This document shows positions 1-11,677 of a DNA stretch of 64,000 nt, in pieces. The notes under the pieces are model-generated. The model did no database searches. It saw only the letters and a list, made by a program, of their open reading frames with translations, and was not told where the DNA came from. Origin of the DNA: an uncultured Planctomycetota bacterium (GTDB lineage Bacteria > Planctomycetota > Planctomycetia > Isosphaerales > Isosphaeraceae); contig CAWJTV010000041.1 in assembly GCA_963845755.1 (NCBI GenBank), forward strand, positions 1 to 64,000, read 5' to 3'. The position numbers and the translations under genes are program-made. The first letter of the stretch is position 1, and the number at the start of each line of letters is the position of its first letter.

Positions 1-172
1 AGAGGAACGTCATGATCGCCGTGAGGCTGCCCCTGCATCGCATCTTCAACGGGCGTCAGATTCAAGAGCAATTCCATCGATCACTTCTCAATGCGGGAAG
101 AATTGGTGACACCAATTATGCCTCGCGGGGAGCGACCTCACCCGATGCGATTCAGCAACAGAGTCGGCGACT

Positions 173-555
173 TCAGCGGTGGCGTCGCGACGGTCGTAGG
201 GCCGCGACTTGGTGCTCGTCCTGGTATACGATCCGCCCGACGAACGCCGCGGTAACCAGTTCGGCGGGAATCTCCGAGCCATACTCGCCCAGCAGGTGGG
301 CGAGTTCCCACATCCGCTGCGAGAACCGCCCCACCTCCCTGTACCAGAAGACGGCCCCGTCCGGGATGAGGTGCCCCAGCGGGAGGGCAGATGAGCTGGG
401 ACCCACGCGAGCAGCTCCTCAAGCCTCTGGCAAACGTGCCCGTTCAGGTCCCCGTCGTCTCGGAGGCTGGAGGAGCCGGGCGGGAAAGAGCCCGACCTGT
501 GGGCGAGTCCTCCCCGACCCTTCTGGTGAACGATGTACCGGACGTAGCGACTCAT
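173..555 (-). pseudogene. Frameshifted small hypothetical protein
   Basis: N-part MSRYVRYIVHQKGRGG (ORF 88..633) and C-part ..AVFWYREVGRFSQRMWELAHLL..GRIVYQDEHQVAAL (ORF 173..406) lie in different frames. Confidence 0.35.
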
Positions 556-693
556 CCCCTTGAAACGCCCCAACTCTGGATCACCACCAGCTATTCCACT
601 GCCCGGGCCGGAGCCCGGCGTGGAAAGTCTCATCTATGGTTCACCCGATGTCCAGCATCCACGAAGTCAGGGGGAGATCGATACGCCGGACGG

Positions 694-1296
694 TTACGCA
701 CCCTTGTACACCGCATCTCTCGTTCGACAGCGAGTCTGTCCAGCCGAGTCACCTTGGTTCCTCCGGTTGCGCTTCCGGCGCTTCTCCTTCTTCGCCTTCA
801 CCTCTCTCAGCCTCGATGCCAGCTTCAGCTTGGATTCCAGGGAAGCCAGGAGTTCGCGGCAATCCGCTCGCCAGTCCTTCCGTTGACTCCCTATGTACAA
901 TTTCATTCGTTTATCCGAGAATTCCCGATCGACTTTAATCTTCCAGACCTCCAAGCCCACCTCATTCTTAAGTGTAAACGTCAATCTGACACAGAGTAAT
1001 CGCAGTCCCTTCAGGTCCACGCCATCCGGGCCTGATAGCTCGCCGGTATCCAGGTCAACCTTGATCTTGCGTAGCTGGGTAAGGCTGCGGGAATCGACAG
1101 GGTGGCCATCGATGCAACGTCCGACACAGCAGAAACGCCCCAGGCCATCCTCCCGCAGGAACGGGAACTTCCTCTCGTCGGCAACCACGGCAAAGAGTTC
1201 CTTCGCTTGCATCTCGAAGGTAAGGTCGCCCCATGCACTTCCACCTACCGAGCATCGACTCGAGAGTCCAGTATCGCGCCCGCCCGACGGAGGCAT
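694..1296 (-). CDS. Hypothetical protein (start probably near 1212, MQAKELF)
   Basis: 200-aa ORF with protein-like composition and a basic C-terminus; no family recognised. Confidence 0.5.
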   Translation of the reverse strand: MPPSGGRDTGLSSRCSVGGSAWGDLTFEMQAKELFAVVADERKFPFLREDGLGRFCCVGRCIDGHPVDSRSLTQLRKIKVDLDTGELSGPDGVDLKGLRLLCVRLTFTLKNEVGLEVWKIKVDREFSDKRMKLYIGSQRKDWRADCRELLASLESKLKLASRLREVKAKKEKRRKRNRRNQGDSAGQTRCRTRDAVYKGA

Positions 1297-1618
1297 TCGT
1301 AGATGGTGTTATAATCCGTTAGGTCCGAGCGGTCTCGATGATGGGCTGGCAACCAGGCCAGCCCTCCATTGACCAAACGCGGGTTGGGCAGCCCCGATCA
1401 ATGAGGCCAAGCCAAGCGTTGACCCTGCGACAACGAACTTGGATGGCATAGCCGATGGTTCCTGTCCAGGACCTGCCCCCCTCGACCAGACCCAACGTGG
1501 TTGGAGGCGTCGGAGCGGGCACGCCTGATCGGTCGCGTCATTGAGAATCTGTCAACTCTCAATACAAAAAATCGTGGATTGCCCCACCCGCACACGTAAC
1601 GAGACTTGGGAGACGGAG

Positions 1619-2767
1619 TCAACGGTACACCTTCAAGGTCGGCAATGCCTGTTTCAGCGATTCCATCCCCGCGTCGGTGACCTGCGTGCCGCCAACGCTA
1701 AGAGACGAGAGTTTGGTCAATCCCTTCAGATGCACCAACCCGGCGTCGGTGACCAGCGTGCCACCGAGGCCGAGGATGGAGAGTTGAGTCAGCCCCTCCA
1801 CATGCGAAAGCCCGGCATCAGTGATCTGCGTGCCATTGAGGCTGAGGGCGGCGAGCTTCGTCAGACCCTTCAGATGCGAAAGCCCGGCATCGGTGACCTG
1901 CTTGTTATTGAGGCCGAGGACGGAGAGTCCAGTCAGCCCCTCCAGATGTGAAAGCCCGGCATCAGTGATCTGCGTGCCATTGAGGCTGAGGGCGGCGAGC
2001 TTGGTCAGCCCCTCCAGATACGAAAGCCCGGCATCGGTGACCTGCGTCAGATCAAGGTAGAGGAAGGTGAGTCCGGTCTGCCTCTTAAGGTGCACCAACC
2101 CGGTGCCGGTGACCTTCGTAATGCCGAGGTTAAGAGACGAGAGTTTGGCCAACCCCTCCAGATGCACCAACCCGGCGTCGGTGACCAGCGTGCCACCGAG
2201 GTCGAGGACGGCGAGTTCAGTCAGCCCCTCCAGATGGAAAAGCCCGGCATCGGTGATCCGCGTGCCATTGAGGATGAGGATGGTGAGTTTGGTCAGCCCT
2301 TCCAGATGGGAAAGCCCGGCATCGGTGACCCGACTGCTATGGAGGGTGAGGGAGGAGAGTCTCTTCAGTCCACTCAGATGCGACAGCCCGGCGTCGGTCA
2401 CGAACGATCCGTTCAGAACCACTCCCTCGACCTGGCTGAGGTGCCCAACGTGGAGCAGGTCCGTAGCCGAGCCCCCCTGATCGAGATTGACATAAACCAC
2501 GTCGCCGAAATAATCGAGGCCGAGAAGATCGACCAGCCATCGTGGTGCGAGAGGTTTTCCACCGGGAAGAGGAACTCCGTAGCTGCATTCCCATTCGTAC
2601 CAGACCCAGCCGCCGGATCGTCTGATCGCGGCCACCGCATCGTGCTGGACTTGAGCGTTGCGGCCCATCCAGCCGAGCCAGCCGCCGATGATGAGGACCA
2701 GAGCGAGCAACCCTCGCAGGCTGAACCGCATGTAGGTCCGCCAGGGGCGTTTGTCCGATGCATTCAT
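1619..2767 (-). CDS. Planctomycete leucine-rich-repeat protein with N-terminal membrane anchor
   Basis: RFSLRGLL + TM segment, then ~11 24-aa repeats LxxLxLxGTxVTDAGLxHLxGL. Confidence 0.9.
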   Translation of the reverse strand: MNASDKRPWRTYMRFSLRGLLALVLIIGGWLGWMGRNAQVQHDAVAAIRRSGGWVWYEWECSYGVPLPGGKPLAPRWLVDLLGLDYFGDVVYVNLDQGGSATDLLHVGHLSQVEGVVLNGSFVTDAGLSHLSGLKRLSSLTLHSSRVTDAGLSHLEGLTKLTILILNGTRITDAGLFHLEGLTELAVLDLGGTLVTDAGLVHLEGLAKLSSLNLGITKVTGTGLVHLKRQTGLTFLYLDLTQVTDAGLSYLEGLTKLAALSLNGTQITDAGLSHLEGLTGLSVLGLNNKQVTDAGLSHLKGLTKLAALSLNGTQITDAGLSHVEGLTQLSILGLGGTLVTDAGLVHLKGLTKLSSLSVGGTQVTDAGMESLKQALPTLKVYR

Positions 2768-2980
2768 GTCATGTTCCTGTCGTCGAATGCGGGCTACCTG
2801 CTGTTGAGAGATTCGTCGAGAACCGGCCCGGCCGTCGCCTAGCAAATCTGATTTCCGGTCTGGCCATTACACCTCGGGCCCTGGTCCGCGCCCACCTGTC
2901 CGGATCAACGATTAGCGTGCCTTTACAGGGCAGGTGACCCACACGCCTGGTTATCAGTCTCGTTCTTGGGAATGTGGCGG

Positions 2981-3757
2981 TTAGAGTCGGATGATCTTCA
3001 GGTTCGGTCGTGCCTTTTGAAGTTCTCGTAGTGCGGTGTCGGTGACTCGGGTATTGCCGACTTCCAGAGATTGGAGGCGTTTGAGTCCTCTCAGGTGGAT
3101 CAAACCTGCATCGGTGATCTGTGTGCAGCCGAGGGAGAGACTCTTGAGATTAATCAACCCTCTTAGGTGGACCAACCCGGCATCAGTGACGGCAGTCTCC
3201 CTTAATGCCAGGACCTCCAGACCGGTCCGGTGCTCCAGGTGTGCCAACCCAGCGTCAGTCACCGCGCTACGGTTGAGCCACAGCGATCGAAGGGCCGGCA
3301 AACCTTTGAGGTTCGCCAACCCCTTGTCGCCGACTCGAGTCTTATGGAGGCCCAGAGTCCGGAGTCGAGACAGTCCTTCAAGGTCGGCCAATCGGCTGTC
3401 GTTGACGGACGATTCCCAGAGTCCCAGTTGCTCAATTCGAGTGAGACGGACGACATGGTCCAATTCCGTACCGGTGGACGGCCCATCGGGACCGACTCCG
3501 ACGAGGTCCACTCTGACGACATGGCCGACGTAATCGAGGCCGATACGATCCGCGAGCCATCTCACCCACCAGGGACTTCGTCTCGGATCGAGGTTGTATT
3601 CGACGTTTCCGTTTGCCCGACGGATGGCCGCCACGGCCTCGCGCTGGACTTGAGCCTGGTGGACCACCCATCCCAGCCAACAGCCGATGAGGAGCACGAG
3701 GATGACCAGTCCCCGAACTCTGAGCCGGAGCCAGCGTCGTCGAGATTTCGGTGTCAC
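2981..3757 (-). CDS. Leucine-rich-repeat protein, paralogue of 1619..2767
   Basis: Same N-terminus (QREAVAAIRR..G) and VTDAGLxHL repeats. Confidence 0.9.
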   Translation of the reverse strand: MTPKSRRRWLRLRVRGLVILVLLIGCWLGWVVHQAQVQREAVAAIRRANGNVEYNLDPRRSPWWVRWLADRIGLDYVGHVVRVDLVGVGPDGPSTGTELDHVVRLTRIEQLGLWESSVNDSRLADLEGLSRLRTLGLHKTRVGDKGLANLKGLPALRSLWLNRSAVTDAGLAHLEHRTGLEVLALRETAVTDAGLVHLRGLINLKSLSLGCTQITDAGLIHLRGLKRLQSLEVGNTRVTDTALRELQKARPNLKIIRL

Positions 3758-3877
3758 GTTCCTGGATCACCTATTCCATGCCCCGCCGTCGTGCCTCGCC
3801 CGCGTATCCGCGCCAACTATGGATCAGGCTTGTCATTGCGCGGCGCGGGGGAACTCTGCGGCGGCGCGGATCGTTGG

Positions 3878-4411
3878 TCAGCGGCGAAAGCCTGCGTCGA
3901 GCTGGTAATAGAGCGCGTCCAGCCGACCGCGACCAGCGCCGCGTACCGGAAACCGCCGCAGCATCTCGCGAACTGCCGCCGAGGCGTGTTCGATCGCCCA
4001 CCGGATTTCCTCGTCACTGACGTTGGGATCGCCGCCCGCTGCGAGTTCGCGGGCCCGCGCCCCATACACCGCGGGACCAAGGACGTGTTTCGCCTGGTCA
4101 GGTGTTATCAGTGCGTGGACGTAAGGGGTTGCCGCTGCGAGGCCCGCGGCGCGAGCGGCGGCTGCGGCAACCGGATCGCCGACCTCGCGTGCCGCTGCGT
4201 AAGCCGCCCAGACGAGGGAGCGCAGTTGCCCTTTCCGCTTCTCCCCGCGCGCGAAGGCCCGGATGCCCTCGATTGCCGTGCGCGGACGGGTGTCAGAGAG
4301 AGCCTTCGCCTCGAACAGCGGCAGCACCCGCTCGGCGCAATCGGCGGCCCAGAGCCCGACAAGGCGGCGGTCTTCTTCGCTCAGCGTCATCCCGCCGGGT
4401 TCGTGATCCAT
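3878..4411 (-). CDS. Imm5-like putative immunity protein
   Basis: LWAADCAERVLPLFE..DTRPRTAIE..AAARAAG motif. Confidence 0.75.
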   Translation of the reverse strand: MDHEPGGMTLSEEDRRLVGLWAADCAERVLPLFEAKALSDTRPRTAIEGIRAFARGEKRKGQLRSLVWAAYAAAREVGDPVAAAAARAAGLAAATPYVHALITPDQAKHVLGPAVYGARARELAAGGDPNVSDEEIRWAIEHASAAVREMLRRFPVRGAGRGRLDALYYQLDAGFRR

Positions 4412-4511
4412 CCGTCGCCTCCCTCACGCGCTGGGCAGCACTCGGAAGTCTGTCTGCGCAGATCTTTGGCAGGTGTTTGCTGTTCTTTTAGGGCCGAGCC
4501 TCTGGTCTCAA

Positions 4512-5055
4512 TTAGGGTTCAGGCGTGACGGCTTCCTCTGGCCCGGCGGCTCGATGACGCCTGATGGCATGGGAGTATCCCAGGATGGCCCCCATCGCGG
4601 CGAAGCCCAGAGTCAGCACCGAATGGCTCGACTGGCGGTATCGCTGCAACCCGGCCACATACCTGGCCACATTTCCGGGCGGTTCCGAATACCCTGAGAC
4701 TTCAAGACTGCCTGGAGGCGAGTATTTTTTCATCTCTGAAGCCAACTCCGGGCTGAAGTAAGGGATCGCCTCCTCGAACATGGCCGTCGTACGCGGCGGG
4801 CCGAGACGCTCATTCGCTACAGGTCCAAATCCCAGGATGAAGCACGGCCACCCGAATACGGCGCAACCGATCCAAGCCAGACGGCTTGGTCCGCTCTCGG
4901 CGAGGGACATGAAGATCGCGCCGACACAGCAGGGCTAGTGTCGTGAGCAGGATGATTCCGCCGCAGAAGGCCGAGTTGATTCGGAGCGCGGCGAAGCTCA
5001 AGGCGATGATGACGATGGCCGCCATCATCGACGCGATGCTGAATCGGAAGCGCAT
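4512..5055 (-). CDS. Planctomycete membrane protein (one frameshift near 4920)
   Basis: MRFRFSIASMMAAIVIIALSFAALR continues in another frame into ..LAWIGCAVFGWPCFILGFGP. Confidence 0.6.
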
Positions 5056-5360
5056 CACAAGACCCTCCGTCGGTTCGCTCGCCGTTAGGATGTAAAGGGT
5101 GGATTCTGGATCACCCGTTACAGATCCCGTCATCGTCCCGCGCCCGCCTGTCCGGCTCAACTATGGTCCACCACTAAATGAATCCTCGTAATAGAGAAAG
5201 CGAACGTGTGATGTCGCCGCGGTTGCGGTGAATCCTTGCCCCGAAGGGGGGAAAGGAAACGGGCCGCTCCGTCTCAATCCTCCCCCCTTACCGAGGGGGG
5301 ATGCCAGGGGGGTGAATTCGCATCGACCCTGGGGTGTGCGCCACGCAAGTGTTACGCGCT

Positions 5361-7075
5361 CTAGAACCAGATCTCGAAGCGGGTCATGAACAGGTCGCTG
5401 GTCCGCGCGAAGCCGCCGGGAGCGTAGACCACGGGGCTGCCGAACCCGGCGTGCTGCCAGTCGAACAGGACGTGGATGTACGGATTCCAGTACCAGTTGA
5501 TTCCGAGGTCGGTGACGAAGAGGCGGTCGGTCCAGAGGTTGGGATCGGCCAGCCCGGCGGTGAAGACCTGCTGGCCGAGATCCAGATAGCTGTACCGGGC
5601 GAAGACTTCCCACGCGCCCAGTCCGAATCGCCCCGGGCGGAGGTCGAACGACCGGAGTGGCGTGACCCGTCCTCGGCTGGCCAGCCGCTCGCCGGTCAGG
5701 AAGTACGACGCCTGCACGTAGAAGCTCTCGATCGGCAGGTGCACCCGGCTGCTCGTGTGGTTCGCCAGGGCATAATCCTGGAAGCCGCTCTGCCACTCGG
5801 CCAGGACCATCAGGCTCCGGTAGAAATAGGCCGCATGCAGCGACCAGAGATTGCGCGGGCCGGAGACCACAACGTTGTTGTTGAACGTCAGGAACGGGAC
5901 CCCGAGGACGTTGCTGCCGGCCGTGGGCACGATCGTCCGCAGCTCCTGGGGCACCGGCGCGTGGTTCTGATCGCCCGCGACCAGAGAGCCGCCCACGTTG
6001 AAGTTCTCCAGCGGCGAATCCTTCACCGGCCGGAACGGGGCGAAGTTGAGAAATGAGATCACGCTCTTGGGATTGCTCAGGTCGAACTGGCCGTTCGGCG
6101 TACTGTTGAAGATCCCCGCGGCGTAGTCGATCCGCCCGGCCACCGACTCGCCCCAGAACATCGCGCCCAGGTCGCGGTTCATGCCGAAGTTGTTGAAGAA
6201 CACCGACCACTCGCCGCTGGCCAGAGCCTCGGTCGGCTGGGCGTAGAACTCATAACAAAACGGCGACTTGAACCGGCCGAAGCGGAACTGGATCCGCTTG
6301 TCGTAGTTCACGTTCAAGAAGACATCCAGGGCGGCGAATGTGTCGAAGGAATCATTAAAGGAGACATAGTATTCATAAGGCCGACTCAGGTGGCCGTTGA
6401 AGACGAACCACTGGCGGGCGATGCCGAAGGTATCGGAGACGGGCGTCTGGTTGGGGATGCCGTAGAATCGCCCATCGAGCTCGGTCAGGTTGTGGAACTG
6501 GATGTCGAACTCGTCGTCGGTCGTCCGGAGCTGGAACCCGGGGCCCCACCGCGTCTGCGCCGGGACGTTGGGCAGCACCGCGGGCATGTCGAAGCGTGGC
6601 GACGGCAGCTCGGCCGCCGGCCCGAAGCCCGCCGCCGTGCCGCCGAAGCCCACCTCTTCGGAGACGGTCCCGCCCGGACCACCGGCGTCGGACAGATCCG
6701 ACACCCCGCCGCCGGCCGAGGTCCCTGACGTCCCGGGTCCGGTCCGGGTAGCGTTCAGGTTCGTGGCCTGGCGCGGCCGCCTTCGCCTGTCGCAGCTCCG
6801 TCGAGAGCTGATCGACTTGCGTCGAGAGTTTCTGGACCGTCGACTCCAACTGCCGGACATGCTCCGGGTCGGGCATCCGTTTGAGCAGGTCCTCCATCTG
6901 GCGAAGCCGTTCCTCCAGCGCGTCCCCATGCGTCGTAGTCGTGCCGCCCATCGCAGGCAGCGCCGGTACCGCGGGCACCGGCGGCGGAGGAGCTGCGGAC
7001 GACTGCGCCGGCGCGGCGGGGAACGCCGAGGCCGAGTGCCAGCGAGATGAGCACCGTCGGCAACCATCGGATCAT
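5361..7075 (-). CDS. Phosphate-selective porin OprO/OprP family (frameshifts in the N-terminal part)
   Basis: Signal peptide MIRWLPTVLISLALGLG, coiled coil, FRFGRFKSPF, NRDLG, YVQASYFLTGE, GAWEVFARYS, GINWYWN, terminal F. Confidence 0.85.
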
Positions 7076-7625
7076 CCGTTCGCGATCGACGTACAACCTC
7101 ATGCAATTGCCCTTCGGCCGAAGACGCACCCTCGGCCCATGGCTTCACTCGGCGCAAGAAAAAACTCCTACCGAAGGGACATCGGTCCCTCAAGGTAGGA
7201 GTTATTAACCCCGCGAAGGGTGGTTCAACGTTGGGGCGAACTCCATCACCCCCGGCGCGATCTCGCCGCAGACTATAGGTATTATCTATCATCGGCTGAC
7301 CTGCGAGCCGACTTTACCGATTTTGCGGTCGGGATTCCTGGGTCATGGCGCCCGAGATCATCCCCATCCTGATCCGGCCGAGGCGAAACGCGAAGCCCGC
7401 GATCTTGGCTCGGTCAACTGTGACCAATTTTGCCCTTACGCTTTGCTCCCGCGACAAGGGCGGTGCGTCAAGTGTCAACTATGGCGCGCCAACGATGGAT
7501 CACCCTTGGCACTCTGCCGACCAGGAATAGGTCGTCAAGACTCGCGGATTCTACCACCGCGGGACAAACCACCCGCCCTGCTCATCGACGGTCCATGATA
7601 AGTCATTTTGCCCTTGCCATGCTCA

Positions 7626-8216
7626 CTAGGAAAACTGACGGCAAGTATCCCGCCGGCTCGGTCCATTCCAGGTGATATCGTTCTCTCCGACCTGCACGAC
7701 CCCCGTCCCGTGGACGAGGACGCCGAGTCCGTGCTCGTTATCCCAACAGCAATGGAAAGTAAACCCAATCAACGAACAGCCATCTTTAGATAGGTCGAGT
7801 ACGCGGAGCGTGTGCAACCGGATCAGCCTCTTAAGATCATCCGGGGACTGCACCTCCGGGACCAGGGTCTCGTCCGAGGCCGCGTGTCCGGTGCACCACA
7901 TCTCGCGCTCGCGACGATAGTAGTCAAAGATGGCCTTGACGACCGTTGTGCAGACCAACTCCTGGTTCTCCAGGAATTGGACGAAGGCCCGCTCCTGTGC
8001 GGACGACGGCGGATTTCCTTCAGGACGGTGCACAATCAACTCGAAGCGCCCCTGTTTGTAGCCTTGGTCTGCCGTTTTGCGATAATCGCGCCCTCCGAAC
8101 TTCTCCGCCAGGAGAGCGGACGCAACATCATCAAACCCCGAGAAGAAACCGATCTGAACGGCCCCACTCCACCCTCTGGGAGCCTCGGAGATTGCGCCGA
8201 ATCGGAGATGATCCAT
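7626..8216 (-). CDS. Hypothetical protein, DUF6985/DUF2004-like immunity-type
   Basis: C-terminal IGFTFHCCWDNEHGLGVLVH motif. Confidence 0.65.
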   Translation of the reverse strand: MDHLRFGAISEAPRGWSGAVQIGFFSGFDDVASALLAEKFGGRDYRKTADQGYKQGRFELIVHRPEGNPPSSAQERAFVQFLENQELVCTTVVKAIFDYYRREREMWCTGHAASDETLVPEVQSPDDLKRLIRLHTLRVLDLSKDGCSLIGFTFHCCWDNEHGLGVLVHGTGVVQVGENDITWNGPSRRDTCRQFS

Positions 8217-8470
8217 GGGGTTCACCTTGGGGATTGTCCGCAGGTCGAAGGCATCCGTCAGTTCGCAAGCGATCCAGCCGGCCTGGGAGTCGTCCACGAA
8301 CCTCACGATGCGGACCGCCACGGCTTACACGACGGATGCTCCCGAACGGCTGGAAGTGGAAAGGGTCGATACTGGAATCACCCTTTTCGCTTTCATGCCG
8401 CGCAGAGGGCCGAGCGTCAAGTCTCAACTAGAGTCCAGGCGTCACACACGGACGGAGCGGCGTGAGACCA

Positions 8471-9064
8471 TCAACCGGAATGGCTCGCTTCTTGGAAGAC
8501 CAGCCACTCCCCCGCCGTCTCCTCCAACCGTTGCTTGCCCCCTTCCGTCGCCATGAAATGCCGCTTGCCTGTGGGCCGAAACAGGGGCGCCCCGCACCAC
8601 GTCGCTGGATCGATCCGGTATTCGTAGACTCCTCGACCGACCCGGACCGCATCCACTTGGGCGCCCTCGGGAAGAATCAACTCCCACAACAGGCCGAGCC
8701 GTTCCGCGACAGCCGGGGAGTGCGGGCGTGCCAGGATGTAGTCCTCCGGTTCCCCGCTTTCTGGGAGTTCGAGCGGTGACGGCGCGCTTGGGTCCCACAG
8801 CTCCCAGCGGAATTCAACGATCCGGGTCTTGATGACCGGGGCGAATGAGAGCCCGGCGAGCCCGGTTCGCTCAATTGCGGCCCGGAATTTGTGAGTGACG
8901 ACGACATCGCCGATGCCGGGCAGTGTGATCGGGGGGATGAATGGTCCGGTCCGTTCGAGCCGGATCAGCCCGTCGAGTCGGGGGAGGTGGCGTGACATGC
9001 CGTGGACCAGGATGGCACCATAGTCGCCCCAGGGCCGTGACCCGCCGATTCGGTAAAACCGCAT
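8471..9064 (-). CDS. Hypothetical protein
   Basis: ORF MRFYRIGGSRPWGDYGAIL..LERTGPFIPPITLP..GEPEDYI. Confidence 0.65.
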   Translation of the reverse strand: MRFYRIGGSRPWGDYGAILVHGMSRHLPRLDGLIRLERTGPFIPPITLPGIGDVVVTHKFRAAIERTGLAGLSFAPVIKTRIVEFRWELWDPSAPSPLELPESGEPEDYILARPHSPAVAERLGLLWELILPEGAQVDAVRVGRGVYEYRIDPATWCGAPLFRPTGKRHFMATEGGKQRLEETAGEWLVFQEASHSG

Positions 9065-9604
9065 GCCTGCCGACGCCTCAATGTGGAAGGTCTGATCTCT
9101 AGTCCAGGCTTTACACCGCAGTCTTGACGTCACTTCTTTCGCGACGTCTCGGATTTCGTTGATGCGATAGGGATATTCACCGTTTACACAGCGGACATTT
9201 TTAAACCATTTCTATCTCGCAGTTGCCAGACGTTCACAACACGGACCCTGGCCACTCTCAAGGATACCGCGGCGCAGGTTCGTTGCACCAGCGTCAAACC
9301 CTCGTGAGGCGAGGCATCGGTCCCGGGGGGCCAAACGGGGACGGACGAATCCATACCACTCGCGTTCAGGGTCGCTCCGGCGACCGCAACGTCAACTCTC
9401 GGCATCGGGAAACCTCACGATCGTTTCCCGATCCGGGCGGGCTTTGCACAACGAAGACCTCCTGCACAACGATTCGCCGGGCTGCACAACGAATCGGAGT
9501 AAAGGAGTGGCCCTGCCTCGCAAGCTTGGCGTACGTGAATCGGGCGGGAGGCGGTAGAATCGGACAGGTTACCCGATTCTTGGTCCTTGCGTGGATGCGC
9601 GAAA

Positions 9605-10087
9605 ATGGAAGAGAGACACGAGAACGAGCAATATTTTTTCGATGAGCCGACGATCGCGCGGCTTGCGGACCTCGTCCAGCCGTATCGCCTTCCCTGTTGC
9701 CTCTGCGCACCAACCGTGGGCCGAGAGCTTGAGCGCAGGGGAGTTGATGTCAGAATCCTAGACATTGACGAGCGGTTCAAGGAACTGCGAGGATACCGCT
9801 ACTTCGACCTGGGCCGACCGTCTTGGCTGGGAGAATCGTTCGGGGTTATCCTGTTCGACCCGCCATTCTTCAACGCGGCGCCGATCTCCCAGCTCCTGGA
9901 CGCAGTCCGCATGCTCTCGCATTATCGCTTCGACCAGAAACTGCTAATCAGTTGGCCAGCAAGGCGGCCTCACGTAATCCTGGAGGCGTTCCATCAATTC
10001 GGTCTAAGACCCGCCGGCTTCAGACCCGGATACGTGACCGTGGTCAATCAGGGCAAGAACGAGATCGAATTCTACGGCAATTTATGA
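9605..10087 (+). CDS. SAM-dependent methyltransferase, N6AMT2/EEF1AKMT1-like
   Basis: EQYFFDEPT, CLCAPT, LDIDERF, FDL..P, ILFDPPFF motifs in the order seen in that family. Confidence 0.65.
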   Translation: MEERHENEQYFFDEPTIARLADLVQPYRLPCCLCAPTVGRELERRGVDVRILDIDERFKELRGYRYFDLGRPSWLGESFGVILFDPPFFNAAPISQLLDAVRMLSHYRFDQKLLISWPARRPHVILEAFHQFGLRPAGFRPGYVTVVNQGKNEIEFYGNL

Positions 10088-10147
10088 TTGGAATAACTTT
10101 ATGCAACGAATCGGGGCCGCCAAACGTGACCAACGGTGCGGCCGGTG

Positions 10148-11383
10148 TTATGGCTGAGGCAAGGTGATCATGACCTCGCCCGCCTCGGGGCGGGCGATCG
10201 TCTGGCTGGTCGGCCGGCTGCTCGGCTCGTAGACATTGAGGGGGACCTCGCCGGTCGTCGGGGCATCGTACCAAACGAAGCGGCCGGCCGAATCGGTCTC
10301 AGTCTGCCAGCCGAGCAGGCCGCCGACGTACTTCCAGTCGGAGGCGACGACGGCCCTCGCCACGGGCCGGCCCCGGGCATCGACCACGCGGCCCTCCAGC
10401 GGCCGGCGCCGGCTCAGCCGGATGACCTGCGACGGCAGCTCCGGCGTCACGGCAACCTCATGGACGGCCCAGGCGAGGCCCGATGTCTGGACCACCAGGA
10501 CCAGGGTATCCCATTCCGGGCGAAGGCAGCGACCGGATCGGAACCGGCCGTCCTCGTCCGTCGTCAGCCGGAGGTACTCCTTGTCCCAAATCCACGGTGC
10601 GACCACGACCGTCGCCCCGCGCACCGGATGACCGAACGGGCTGAGTACCGTTCCGGAGATCGACCCGCCCGCCCTCATCACCTGCACGCTCGAAAAGGCG
10701 CGCGCGTTCCGGGCCGTGGTGCGCCACACGGCGACCGCGTGATCGGGGTGCGTCACCTGCACCCGGATCGGGGCGTCCGGAGCGGTCCCGGCCGGCAGGG
10801 CATTGGACCGCCAGCGGCCTTGGGCGTCGGTCGTCGCGATCATGGAGCCGCCGTTCGGGCTCGCCTCGATCTCGGGCCAGAGCTTCGCGAAGCGATAGAT
10901 CATCGGGAAGACCCGAGCCCCCTCGATCGGTCGCCCCCGCTCGTCCCGGACGATCCCGCCGATCGCCTCCGCCCGCTTGAGTTTGACGACGATGGGCGCC
11001 GGGTGGGTGACCGTGCTGACGTACCCCCGCTGGTAGCCGATGGGGGCGACGACGACATCGAACCACAAGGTCGCCTCGCTCGGCGGGACGATGGTGTAGT
11101 GCCCCTGATCATCGGTTGTCCCTTCCCAGGTGTAAATCCGGCCCCCTTTACCTCGGATAAAGACGGTTGCGCCGGGGAGCGGCGAACTATCGCTTTCGTC
11201 AACCACCTCCAGCGTGGCGGTCCGGACGGGCTGCGGTCCTTCCTCGGGCTGGATCGGCCCAGGGCGACCGGCCGGCCGAGCCGAGGCGGCGGGGTGGGTG
11301 CCGGAGGCCATCAAGGCCGTGACCGGCAAGATTGCGACGATTGCGAACGACTTCGCGAATCGCTTCAATGCCGTGATGAGCAT
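10148..11383 (-). CDS. Secreted carboxypeptidase-regulatory-like (beta-sandwich repeat) protein
   Basis: Signal peptide; repeated GxVxDxxGRPVxGAxV..TDxxGRF units. Confidence 0.8.
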   Translation of the reverse strand: MLITALKRFAKSFAIVAILPVTALMASGTHPAASARPAGRPGPIQPEEGPQPVRTATLEVVDESDSSPLPGATVFIRGKGGRIYTWEGTTDDQGHYTIVPPSEATLWFDVVVAPIGYQRGYVSTVTHPAPIVVKLKRAEAIGGIVRDERGRPIEGARVFPMIYRFAKLWPEIEASPNGGSMIATTDAQGRWRSNALPAGTAPDAPIRVQVTHPDHAVAVWRTTARNARAFSSVQVMRAGGSISGTVLSPFGHPVRGATVVVAPWIWDKEYLRLTTDEDGRFRSGRCLRPEWDTLVLVVQTSGLAWAVHEVAVTPELPSQVIRLSRRRPLEGRVVDARGRPVARAVVASDWKYVGGLLGWQTETDSAGRFVWYDAPTTGEVPLNVYEPSSRPTSQTIARPEAGEVMITLPQP

Positions 11384-11677
11384 CGCCTTGGTCCTGATCT
11401 TCGCTCTTGCAGAGCCCCCGTCAGCCGGCAGACATCGGCGAGCGCTCCGCACTCCAACGACTGGTTTCAACGCACCGGACCTGAGGGTACCTGGCAAGTG
11501 TCATTACGGGATCACCCGTTACACGTCCGCTCATCGTTCCGAACCGGCGGTCCGGGTCAACTATAGTCCAGGCGTTACATTGGCCCAGTGTCACCAGATA
11601 TCAGGATAAGCCGGTGTCCAGCCAGGGATCATCCGCGCCCAGGACGTTTTGTGACGGACGACCTTCGCCGGCCTTCT

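Noticed and set aside
1..11670. Left-flank minus-strand genes as further cassettes
   Set aside because: No attC-like palindromes were found between them; isolated GTTAG hits only
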